Shown: in pieces, positions 23,036 through 33,019 of the stretch | How positions within the stretch are numbered: the stretch's first letter is position 1 | Layout: each line of letters begins with the position of its first letter | Assembly (NCBI RefSeq): GCF_001186125.1 | Contig: NW_014039859.1 | Coordinates: forward strand, 7,244-40,262 | Reading direction: 5' to 3' | Length of the DNA: 33,019 bases | DNA from: Sphaeroforma arctica JP610 | Lineage: Eukaryota | The notes under the pieces: generated by a model | The model's database searches: none | The model's input: the letters and a program-made list of their open reading frames with translations, nothing else | Told to the model about the DNA's origin: nothing | Made by a program: the position numbers and the translations under genes

Positions 23036-23613
23036 TTGCACGTCCAGTCCCGCAACGGTTTGGCAAAACTGCGCCCGAGAAACACGTTACTTCGTGGCTA
23101 CAAAAGATCGAGCATATGCAGAACGTTGTTTACCCTTGTTTACTCGAGCACAAAAATTGTGTCCTACATAAAACGTATGACCGATGGAATAATACTAAGA
23201 ACATTGTTCAGTTCAAAGTTGGCGATTTTGTTAATATTATAAATCGCAATGCCAACGTTACCAAATTCTCTTCTAAGACAATTGGACATTTTGTTATTTC
23301 CTACCACGAAGAGAAGAGTGATACTTACAAAGTAAATAACATAGATGGTACTAGCGCAACTAATCTAGGCACTCACCGTATCCCTACCTCTGAACTCTCA
23401 TTCGCTCGCTCATTGGATTCTGATGTCCCAGTTATGGAGTCAAAATTCATACATATAATTGACAAAACATCCAAAGACGGATACACTTATTACAAGACCC
23501 GTTTTATGGATGGGACAGTAGCTTGGCTAACCTCCGATGCGTTTCGTAAATCTCGCGACTTTGTAGAAATACGGCCTCCGGTCAGTCTAAAATATCAAGA
23601 TCAATTGAGATAA
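23036..23613 (+). mobile_element. Ty3/gypsy integrase C-terminal fragment with chromodomain-like end
   Basis: SWLQKIEHMQ..., QFKVGDFVNI (SH3-like), KTIGHFVI (GPY/F-like), DTYKV, IIDKTSKDGYTYYKTRFMDGTVAWLTSDAF (chromo-like). It abuts the YVDD of the minus-strand element. Confidence 0.7.
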
Positions 23614-23779
23614 TACATTGGTTTTTATTTGTATTTTAAATAATTTACTACAAGCTCTTTTTCCAATATTTCCAAAGTGTTCTAAATTCACTTTGATGGC
23701 TCCAATAGCCTGAGTATTTGGTATGACTCATCTACTTGGACCTATTTGAGACATTAGTAGATGTAGGATATTATAAACT

Positions 23780-24400
23780 AAATTTTATAATCTCCGAACT
23801 ACTACTTGTAGACTTTGGTCCTCCCGCCAATCTCCAAAATCCAATAAGTCTTTTTCTTTTTTTAACTTTTCTTCAGATGNNNNNNNNNNNNNNNNNNNNG
23901 AGTTTAATATAGTTTGAAACCTAGTAATTTCCATCGAAGTTTACAACTTCCTCTTGTCACGAGATAAACGGAACGAGTTTCCTCAGGTGACTACAAACCC
24001 GGATGGATATGAAATTCCCTATTTGCCACAATTTTCTATGTGGCTAAACTTTCTGATCTGCTTACCAACAGAGCAGAAAATTCTTCGAGCTTACTTACTA
24101 ATGAAGAACAACCATTGGCTATTACCTTACCAAGTAATAAACGTAAGGTGCCTACATCGGAAATGGTTACTGGACCAAATACTAAACGACATAGAATACA
24201 ACATGAGTATTGAACTCGTACATATAGGCACATACTTACTCGATAAGCCTTGACCGAAATCGGTTTACTTTGGTTTTCGCTTTACGAACTAGATCGTACC
24301 AAATTTTATAATCTCTGAACTACTACTTACAGGTTTTGGTCTTCCCGTCAACCTCCAAAATCCAATAAGTCTTTTTCTTTTTTTAACTTTTCTTCAGATG
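23780..24400 (+). repeat. ~100-bp direct repeat (23780-23879, 24301-24400), roughly 90% identical
   Basis: aaattttataatctc.gaactactactt...aatccaataagtctttttctttttttaacttttcttcagatg occurs twice; the first copy ends at the N gap. Confidence 0.85.
23880..23899. other. Assembly gap (20 N)
   Basis: N run. Confidence 1.
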
Positions 24401-25360
24401 AAACTTTATTTATATTAGCAAATGTATTAACTTTACTTACGTTTTTATGTCTATCTACAAATTAGACATGTGGTCATGAACACTTAGTACTTCTAATGAA
24501 AATTATTCAATAAAGAACAGCTAGAGGTACGTCCTGTGTGATCGAGGATATTAAGGCTCTTACCAAGAGGCAGTCCCGATCATTCTTACACAAGTTACCA
24601 CTGCTCAATCCTAAATGACTTAAATTGTATCTTAGTTTATATAACATAGTTTAAAACATAGAAATATCCATCAAAGTTTGCATACGTGAATAGCTTAAGC
24701 TAGTCGTCGGCAGCCTAAAATACATGTGTTTGGGCCCAGTGCAAGTACTAATTACCTTAAGGAGTTTTTGCACACATTTGAATGGTTCCAGGCTATTACT
24801 GAGCGGTTCGAGCAATATATACAAACAAAGTCGGGGGAAACGTGTTTCAAGTATTCGTCGCAGTTCTTGACCACTTTGCAGAAATATCGCCCAGAAACTT
24901 GGAAGGATTTGGACCCAGAGGATGTTAAGGAGGACTTCATAAAGAAATATCCAAAGTCGCATCCGTCGGTTCGTTAATGATAAAAAAAAAATGGACGCCA
25001 GAAGCGCTTAGCACCGGCACATCTTTAGGCTGGTGGGCATGTAGAAGGTTCGGGACTTCTAATGAAATTTCGAGACTCTTCGGTACATACCCTATATCTC
25101 GGCGGGTCCCGAATGATGAGTCATGATTCCGGAAATTCATTTTGTATTTTTACTTCAGGGCCCAAGCCAGGGTTAGTCGTATATAACCAGGCCCTGAAAT
25201 TTTTTGAGTGTCATTCTGCATGGGTCATACTTAAATTGTCTATGTATATTCAAGAACAGAGCAAAGTGTCTACGGATATATGTACATAGACGATGACGCC
25301 ATGAGAAAGTTCAAGAACATCGTAGCAGAGGGTTTTCTAGGCGCGTGCCTTTCCCTCTCA

Positions 25361-25465
25361 CTACGAGTGTTATAGTTATAGTCAATAGCCTAGGATGTTA
25401 GTAGTACAAATTCTACGAGTGTTATAGTTATAGTTACTAGCCTAGGATTTTAGTAGTACAAGTTC
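25361..25465. repeat. 52-bp tandem duplication
   Basis: ctacgagtgttatagttatagt.a.tagcctaggat.ttagtagtacaa.tt starts at 25361 and 25413. Confidence 0.9.
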
Positions 25466-25721
25466 GTTCGAGAATAGATAGAAATAGGTTCCGGCGGACT
25501 ATAAAAGCAGTCCACGTCCAGCGTTAGAGTCCAGGCTTTCACTAAGAATATAAGGAACACAAGGACGAAGAAGACTAAGACTGCTTGTATCGTGCGCCAA
25601 AACTGTAATAATCATTTTTGGGCCGATTTTGGATTTGGAGAATAAGGACCGAACTTTTGGGAAATTCGAGGGACCATAAAAAAAAAGGCATAAGGTACAT
25701 ATGTACAAAATATGAACATCA

Positions 25722-25849
25722 TAGCCTTCTCGATAGACAGCAGGGATACGAGCCTTTTTTATTTATAATAGATATGTATGTAAATTAGCCTTCTCGATAG
25801 ACAGCAGGGATACGAGCCTTTTTTATTTATAATAGATATGTATGTAAAT
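25722..25849. repeat. Perfect 64-bp tandem duplication
   Basis: tagccttctcgatagacagcagggatacgagccttttttatttataatagatatgtatgtaaat x2. Confidence 0.95.
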
Positions 25850-26696
25850 ACCAAATATTGTTCTATCTTCAGGAGTCTATGTCACTCTTTGTACATAAAT
25901 ATGTTTGTCTAATTTTCAGAAGGTTATGGTATGATATATTGTTAACAACTGTGTAAAACAGATATGTACGTACATACGACGTACTTTTGAAGACAAAATG
26001 CCGGTAAATTCTGGAGAACCAATCAATTTAACTAAAAAGTAAATGTTGTGTTTATTTATTGTTTCTACTTTTGTTACTATTTACGAAAGGCAGAGAGGCT
26101 CCGGGCTCCGAGTATCTATTTTTTTATTAAATAAATAAATAAATAATAGTATTCAATATTCACCCCGTATTCTTAGAGAGATACGCACGTAAATATGCTG
26201 TAACCAAGGCCTCTGCCATTGGGACAGCGAGTCTTCAGACTCACCCGTGTGATATAAGATATAAAGCTGGCTCACTAGTTGTTAGATAATATACCACCAA
26301 AAACAACGCGTGATATAGCTTTATAAGCAGTAGAGTGCTATTCCTAGGCGGCTTCATACCATGTCTCTGTTTAGGTCGGTTCAACACACAATTCACCAAG
26401 AGTAAAATTAAGAGCGTGATTACCGCAGTACAAACGACCTATGACAATTAGATCCAGTTTACCAGGCGCGTACGAGAGCCAAACCAACTATATTGATGTA
26501 GATAAGAATCCCAAGATGTCCTTGGCTCCGAAGACACCCAAGGGTGTGAAAAATTCAGTTTCAAGACAATCATCCAGTTCGAGACCATCGACTCCTCTCA
26601 GCAGAAGAGGTGTGTACATTCGTATAAAATTTGAAGTGTAGCTCTAAGTTATTATGCAATTCAACAGATGGCATGATTGTCATCTCCTGGCTTTAA

Positions 26697-27032
26697 NNNN
26701 NNNNNNNNNNNNNNNNNNNNNNNNNNNNNNNNNNNNNNNNNNNNNNNNNNNNNNNNNNNNNNNNNNNNNNNNNNNNNNNNNNNNNNNNNNNNNNNNNNNN
26801 NNNNNNNNNNNNNNNNNNNNNNNNNNNNNNNNNNNNNNNNNNNNNNNNNNNNNNNNNNNNNNNNNNNNNNNNNNNNNNNNNNNNNNNNNNNNNNNNNNNN
26901 NNNNNNNNNNNNNNNNNNNNNNNNNNNNNNNNNNNNNNNNNNNNNNNNNNNNNNNNNNNNNNNNNNNNNNNNNNNNNNNNNNNNNNNNNNNNNNNNNNNN
27001 NNNNNNNNNNNNNNNNNNNNNNNNNNNNNNNN
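26697..27032. other. Assembly gap (336 N)
   Basis: N run. Confidence 1.
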
Positions 27033-27372
27033 ATGTATATGTTTATATACATTTTGTTTGCATATACCTTAAGATGCATTTATAGTTTTGTAAATTAGCG
27101 TTCTTTTGATTGATTGGTTCAGTGTTTCAATATTCGAATTCTGTTCTGGTCACTCTTGAGAATGTACGGAGATCACTAAGTATGGTCTAAACATATATGC
27201 ATTTCTCTCCGTATTACTGTGGTTAGTTCCGTGCGATATCGAGCGCGAGTGAATCAACGCCTGCCTGCCTGTATAGCCTGATTTACATCAACCTGCCGGC
27301 CGATGGCATTATACACTCAGCTCAATATTCATTCGAGTTTCTTTTGCGCTTGTTCCCCTAATCACATCCCAG

Positions 27373-30300
27373 ATACAGAAACGATGAATCCTGAAGACGC
27401 GGTGAGTGTGAAGTGGCACCTGGACGAGTTCAAGCAGAATCTGGTGTCCATCCTGAACGATCCTATGGTAATCGTGTGGCAGATAAAGTGGGTATAGCTG
27501 AGGTGTTTTCAAACCATCCTAAGCCGTAGGTTTTAGTATTTACACTATGTTGTATAGGATTGTGTATGTTATGGGCAGTCGTATCGTCCGGGGTTCAGCT
27601 CACATGACCGGCTTTTTCATGTCTGACAAAAGGCAATGAGTGTGCGTTTACCACCTCTCACTATAGTATTCACAAATAGGCTTATAGTAATCTCAACACT
27701 TTAACGGGGGGTTGATTAAGTCGTGAGTGTGTGTTTACCACCTCTCACTATAGTATTGACAAATAGGCTTGTAGTGGTCTCAACACTTTAACGAGGGGTT
27801 GATTTAGTCGTGAGTAGCAGTCCAAAATACAGAACCAAATGTTATGGCGTGATGATTCAATCCCAAATCCCAGTTTGCGTGAATCATCTGGCACACACAA
27901 ACTACCTTCATCCTCACACAACCCGCTACAATGGCAGAAAATGGCACCAAGAGCATGATGTCTCCCATACGGTCCTCTGTTGTATAAAAATATATTCTTC
28001 TTAACCGTGGCCCACACCTGACTTATAGTAGTCTTCTGGGGGTGGGTGGGATTAATACCTACCATGATGACCACGACTTACAAACACAGTTAGTTCTCTC
28101 ACATAGGCATCTAGGACCGTTACAATGTCCCGCATTCTTTCTATGCCACGATTGAGATATATAAGAAGACACGCGGATGTCTACTACCAAATCCCTTAGC
28201 TGTGGCGCAATCCGCTTCTTCGCATAGAATGATTAGAGCATAAACTGCATTTACAAAACCCATCCCACCTGACTATAAATGGGGGAATCAACCTTGACCA
28301 TGATGGCGTAATCGCTCCATCACAGTACGTACGTAATCGTTCTATAGAGTGACGCAATGACTCTTAAACAGTCCTCGGAGGGAGACAACGATATGTAGTG
28401 CACCAACCTTTGCTGTCATGTCGTATACCTACTTCAGGCCTCCAAAGTAGATAAAGATACCTACTACAACGACTGGGGCTCTGCGTTCGTAAACGAGGTG
28501 TGTCCTCCCTCCGTTCTACCGCCGGTCACCGTACGGGATTTCGACAAGTACTTCGGTAAGATAACAGAGAGAAAGTACCACACCCTCAAGAAGAACCGAC
28601 AGGCCATGAAAGCCGCCACCAAGCTCAGAGAAAAGGAACTCGCCCAAGCCAACGACGCACGGGGCCCGTCGCAGAACGGTGAGTGCGTGGGGATTGCCCA
28701 GTGAGTGGGTGAGAGTGTGGACATGGCGGTGTGAGTCTGCGGCTGTGCGGAAACAGTCGGGCGAGTGTGTACAAGTGAGCGTGTGGGGGTGTTGTATGTA
28801 TAGATAATCGAGTTGGCGGGATTTAGAGCTATCAGACGGACTGAGTATGTGTGAGAAACAAATTGAAAGCCGCCCATGCAAATGAGTTAAAATATACAGC
28901 CGATAGCAGAGAGAGTGAGTGAGTGCGTGCGTGCGAACAATCGATAGGGTGTGGCAGAGATAATCGCGTGGGTCTAAACCAACAGCCAAATGAGCGTGAG
29001 CCTCAATCGAGCGCCTGTGTGTTTCCGCTGAGATGTCGAGTCCTTTGCCCCCCGTCCTCTTCCCTTCTCATTTGGACTCGAAATATTTGGACTCGAAATA
29101 TTTGGACTCGAGCCTGCATGTACTGTTCGCGTGGGTTTGTATGCGTATCTACTTGCTGGTCTGTCAGTGTTTAGGTGGTCGCCGTTGCACTGTGTGTACG
29201 CGTACAACGGTTTGTCTATGAAATAGTACCGAGTCACTCACACGCCCGCACGCTTTGCACGCTATGCACGGCGTCGCACCTGTGCAGATATGAAGTCCAT
29301 CGCCAAGGCTGTCCAGGATGTGCCCAGCATCTTCTTCACCCCAACATTTCACCTGGAGGACTCCCAAACCTTTAAACTGGTCTTCACGCATGCCGGTATG
29401 TGAGGGGATCAAAACTCAAGTGGTATACTATTATACATAGTAGCATGTACACCCAGTGCAAAGTGATAGTAGAGCACTGGTATGTGCTTTTGGGTCTATA
29501 CACGCACACATGCAAACATGTTTAGCGTATATGCATGGCGAGTATCGACTTATCTGTCCGCACACCAGTAAGCAATCGTATCTGGTGGGCGTGGGTGGGT
29601 GTGGTGCTACGGGTAGGTGTGGTGCCACGGGTGATCCTTTCAAACGGAACCGCCTTCATCAGTTCTATGGCTTGTAATTCCAGAACACATACGGCTGCGC
29701 TGCCCTATGCACAGCTCAGTTGCACGTGCTTGATTGGGACTATCGTGACTATTTGAATGTGGTATATACAGTGATGTTCTGAGCGTAGTATGAGTCCGGC
29801 TGGTAGTAGGTTCGGTGGGCTTTGGCTGGCGAAAGTTGGTGAGGCCTGGCAGGTTATTTATAGAATCGAGTTCGATAGTAGTCCACTTCCGCTCCGGATT
29901 GGTAGAGTTCTGTGGGTGGTTCTGTGGGAACTGACTGCGGCTCCTCGGGACGGCCCTCTCAATAATGAGCCGTTCTCAGAATGTAGACAGATTGGTAAAC
30001 ACGTTTTGATATGGACCTCCACGCCCTGTGGTCCATGTGCAGCGCCGTTGCATCGACCAGTACGAATACGCGCCCAAGTACCTGCAGGTTACCAATCATC
30101 GACATAGACGCAGAGCAAGTGTACATAGGCATTCACACACACACATCACGACCCACCTTTTTTATACTTTGTGCCTTTGAGCAGAACCAACTAAGGTATT
30201 TTGGAGGCTGTGTCGACTGCTACTAACGTATGTGCGTGTATGTGCTTTGCCTTCCATATTTGTTATCACTGCTCCAGGGTCAGAAGAGCAGGACTACGAA

Positions 30301-30429
30301 AATGAAGCTGAGCAACAGCTATCACCACGTGGGGGTAACCATGACAACCACGCAATGGACAATGTCAGTGAGCGAAGTAGAGGCGATGAGAGCATCAACG
30401 ACGACCCCAACGGCTGGGTAGAGTCGAGG
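27373..30429 (+). CDS. VPS54: Vacuolar protein sorting 54 (GARP subunit), partial N-terminal region; exons 27373-27467, 28438-28678, 29288-29395, 30278-30429
   Basis: Spliced KWHLDEFKQNLVSILNDPM-ASKVDKDTYYNDWGSAFVNEVCPPSVLPPVTVRDFDKY...-DMKSIAKAVQDVPSIFFTPTFHLEDSQTFKLVF resembles Vps54 N-terminal motifs (NL.A.LNDP; WG.DF; LP.I; VP.IF....F.L.D..TF). GT-AG junctions have compatible phases 0, 1, 1, and a TACTAAC branch point lies at 30221. The fourth exon is low-complexity and assigned by phase only. Confidence 0.85.
27637..27815. repeat. 87-bp tandem duplication in a VPS54 intron
   Basis: tgagtgtg.gtttaccacctctcactatagtatt.acaaataggctt...gttgatt.agtcg starts at 27637 and 27724. Confidence 0.9.
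29070..29111. repeat. 15-bp tandem repeat (ATTTGGACTCGAAAT) x ~2.8
   Basis: Read directly. Confidence 0.9.
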
Positions 30430-30434
30430 GTATG

Positions 30435-30465
<31 letters not shown>

Positions 30466-30472
30466 CACACAC

Positions 30473-30557
<85 letters not shown>

Positions 30558-30566
30558 GTGTGTGTG
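30435..30566. repeat. Compound (CA)n-(TA)n-(TG)n microsatellite
   Basis: About 105 bp of interrupted (CA)n, followed by (TA)n and (TG)n. Confidence 0.95.
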
Positions 30567-30706
30567 TATTCTAATTGAGTATCTCTATCAGATCACGAAT
30601 ACTCCAACATGCACGGGGCAAAAGCTCGCCCGCTGAAAATCTAAATATAGAATCATATGTACCCACTTAACATTACCGTATATATTCTAATACACATCTT
30701 TTATAG

Positions 30707-33019
30707 ATCACGGATTCTCAACGCGCATGGGGCAGAAGCGCACCCCGCCAAAAGTCTAGGTATAGCTGCACCTCCCCATATGAAGGACCAGACCCTTTAC
30801 TTTCTCTATGAGGGCGGAGATGCCTGTCGCGACGGCAAGTACGAGCGCCAGACATTGCTGACAATGCGATGCGGGCCTACCTTGGTATGTTACAAGGTTT
30901 TTTAGGATTATAAAGTTTAGGGTTTAGAGGTTTCGGGGATTTTTGGTATGTTAGAAGTGCGTTGTGTTGTTGATAGCTAAGATATGCACCTAACGATTGT
31001 CGTTACGTTGGTATGATACACGTTTCATTCATAGCCATAACTATTTTCTCCCATCTCCACCACTTAATTCATAGCCATAGCTATTTTTTCCTAATCTGTG
31101 TGTATGTAGGGTGCGCCAGTATTCCTCCAAGAAACACCCGAGTGCCAATTCCAATTTGAGTGGGTGACGTCAGCCGCGTGCGGTGTTGGGTATGTGAATC
31201 CTTTGCCAGTGATATCACTGTCATATGCATGACACATGTGTATGATGTTGTTGTGGCAGTTCAAGTGTGTGGTGTACATGTGACATGTGTGTGACGTTGT
31301 TGTGGCAGTTCAAGTGTGTGGTGTGCATGACACATGTGTGTGACACGGTGGCAATACGTGTGTGATGTGTATGTGTCATTATCTTGACGTATGACGTTAC
31401 CTGTGTAGGGCTGTGTGTGACATTGCTGTGTATTTGTGGTGACATGTGCCTGCCAAGTGGTTGTCATGTTTGTGACTTCTCTATGGAACACTCACTCTTG
31501 GCATTTGTTTGTGGTATCAAGTACAAGGTTAAACTATGTATTACCCCCTCACTCTACGCCACTCACGCGTCACACAACAAAGCACGTGCCTATGACATCA
31601 ACCGCACCCGTGATATTTCTTTAGTGTTTTATACTGCACACACCCCTTAGTGTTTTATACTGCACACACCCCTTAGTGTTATATACTGCACACACAAGTC
31701 TACACGCATCTGTATATGATCCCAGTTACACCGAACTCTCTCTGTAGTACACACCTCACACACACCGCTCAACATACCCCCCCCCCCCTCCACACCCACA
31801 ACACACACAACACACACACACAACACACACACAACACACACACAACACACCCACACCCACCAGCTTTGCACCGGACCCCGAGGCGTGTGTGGCCTACGAC
31901 GCAACCAATGAGATCGAGTACGATCTATCAGATCTCAGGATCGATTTGCCATGGACAACCACGTACGGCGACAGAGGCGGCGGAGGTACTTTCACGTACA
32001 GTCTGAGTGTGTGCCAACCCCTGCCGTCGAGTGTTGCATGTGTGGCGCAGGACCCAGGAGGGCCAGGGGCGAAGATAGGCGCATGCCTGGTGCAGAATTT
32101 TATCGGTATGAGTTGGAGTGTGTGTGTGTGTGTATATATTGGTTGGGTTTGTGTGGGTATATCGGGACGCACATATAGGTATTATACATATATGTATATA
32201 TATATATATATATATGCCTTGTTGGCAGCCTTGGGTAGTAGCATGTTTATGTGTCCTCGCTAATATGGATAGCTTTTTCAATAACTTCGATTTTAGTGAC
32301 ATACTCATGCATTTATTAGAATATATAAACTTGAAATAAAGCCACCCTTAAATGAATGTCCAACCATATAAACCTGATAACATACGCATACTGTTGTATA
32401 CGTCTCACTGCATGCGATACTGCACCTGGTTATGTGTTTCTCTCGACTGTGCTGTGTGTACCAGTTCGTAAAAGTATAGAACACCGGACAGCTGCACCCA
32501 GTGTACATTCACCTATTAGTTTTTTGAACTTTTAAGGTTTGTAGTTTTTAAAACCCTTCCTGTCGGTCTGTCCAGCTATGTAGCACCTAAACCCCTTTGC
32601 ATACACTTAATCCCCTCTTTCGCACCCCTTCTACTCTGAAGTATGTAGATACGTATGTCAATGTCATGACGCAAGGCAGCCGCTTGACATATCCTCTCTG
32701 TGTTCCTATTACCACTGCATCATTACACTCTATAGGCACACCAAACAAGTACCCATTGCATTTTCTCTCTATTTTTTTCATCCGTTCACACATATTCCTT
32801 AAACCTACACCCACATATTTCTTTCACCCATACCCACAGCCTCGCAAGGGGTGGTAAGCGAAGCCTATAATATCGGAGACTACACAGATAGCGTACGCCC
32901 CACAGTACATGAGGGTGTACTGTCACTGCAGTACCAGTCCGACCATAGGTGCCCTGCACCCATCCGCCATTCATCTGATGCACCTGTGTCTTCATACCTG
33001 GCAAAGGTTTATATTCAGG
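30707..33019 (+). CDS. Cation-independent mannose-6-phosphate receptor-like protein (tandem MRH/CIMR repeats), partial; exons 30707-30884, 31110-31189, 31864-32105, 32840-window end
   Basis: SLG...LYFLYEGGDACRDGKYERQTLLTMRCGPTL-GAPVFLQETPECQFQFEWVTSAAC ends one MRH repeat. ACVAYDATNEIEYDLSDL..W...TYSLSVCQPL...C...GACL...AYNIG...GVLSLQY....C is the next. Intron phases 0, 2, 1 are compatible. Confidence 0.88.
31220..31450. repeat. TG-rich degenerate minisatellite in an intron
   Basis: Repeated gacacatgtgtgtgac / gttgttgtggcagttcaagtgtgtggtgt units. Confidence 0.7.
31621..31695. repeat. 26-bp tandem repeat (TTAGTGTTTTATACTGCACACACCCC) x ~3
   Basis: Read directly. Confidence 0.9.

Noticed and set aside
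26654..27085. ORF-track entries spanning the N gap
   Set aside because: Artefacts of undetermined bases.
29990..30130. Minus-strand LLCVYVDD resembling a copia RT motif inside a VPS54 intron
   Set aside because: Followed immediately by W and a stop, with no other RT motifs nearby.
30232..30636. His-Thr / Cys-Val repeat ORFs (also 31647-32006)
   Set aside because: Translations of intronic (CA)n microsatellites.

Overview
Eukaryotic, intron-rich draft-assembly DNA (GT-AG introns, (CA)n/(TA)n microsatellites, two N gaps). The protein similarities suggest an opisthokont, possibly a unicellular holozoan such as an ichthyosporean, but the organism is my inference only. Host genes: a complete 4-exon RPL11/uL5 gene (4324-6392, +) with an intronic box C/D snoRNA whose guide matches the LSU rRNA site of yeast Am807; four internal exons of VPS54 (27373-30429, +); and four exons of a multi-MRH-repeat cation-independent mannose-6-phosphate-receptor-like gene (30707 to window end, +). 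VPS54 and the receptor gene meet out of phase across a (CA)n tract, probably a misjoin. The middle (~7.8-26.7 kb) is mostly decayed transposons: a likely Dada-type DNA transposase with ~400-bp formerly coding repeats, two + strand Ty3/gypsy integrase 3' ends (one with PPT and LTR), and two - strand Ty3/gypsy pol copies. The most notable feature is that both - strand copies carry a DIRS-type Dam-like amino-methyltransferase domain between RNase H and integrase (only one copy retains the integrase itself). Also notable is an 88-nt pre-miRNA-like fold-back whose 5' arm is antisense to gypsy integrase-region coding sequence. All family assignments come from motif recognition by eye; no searches were run.
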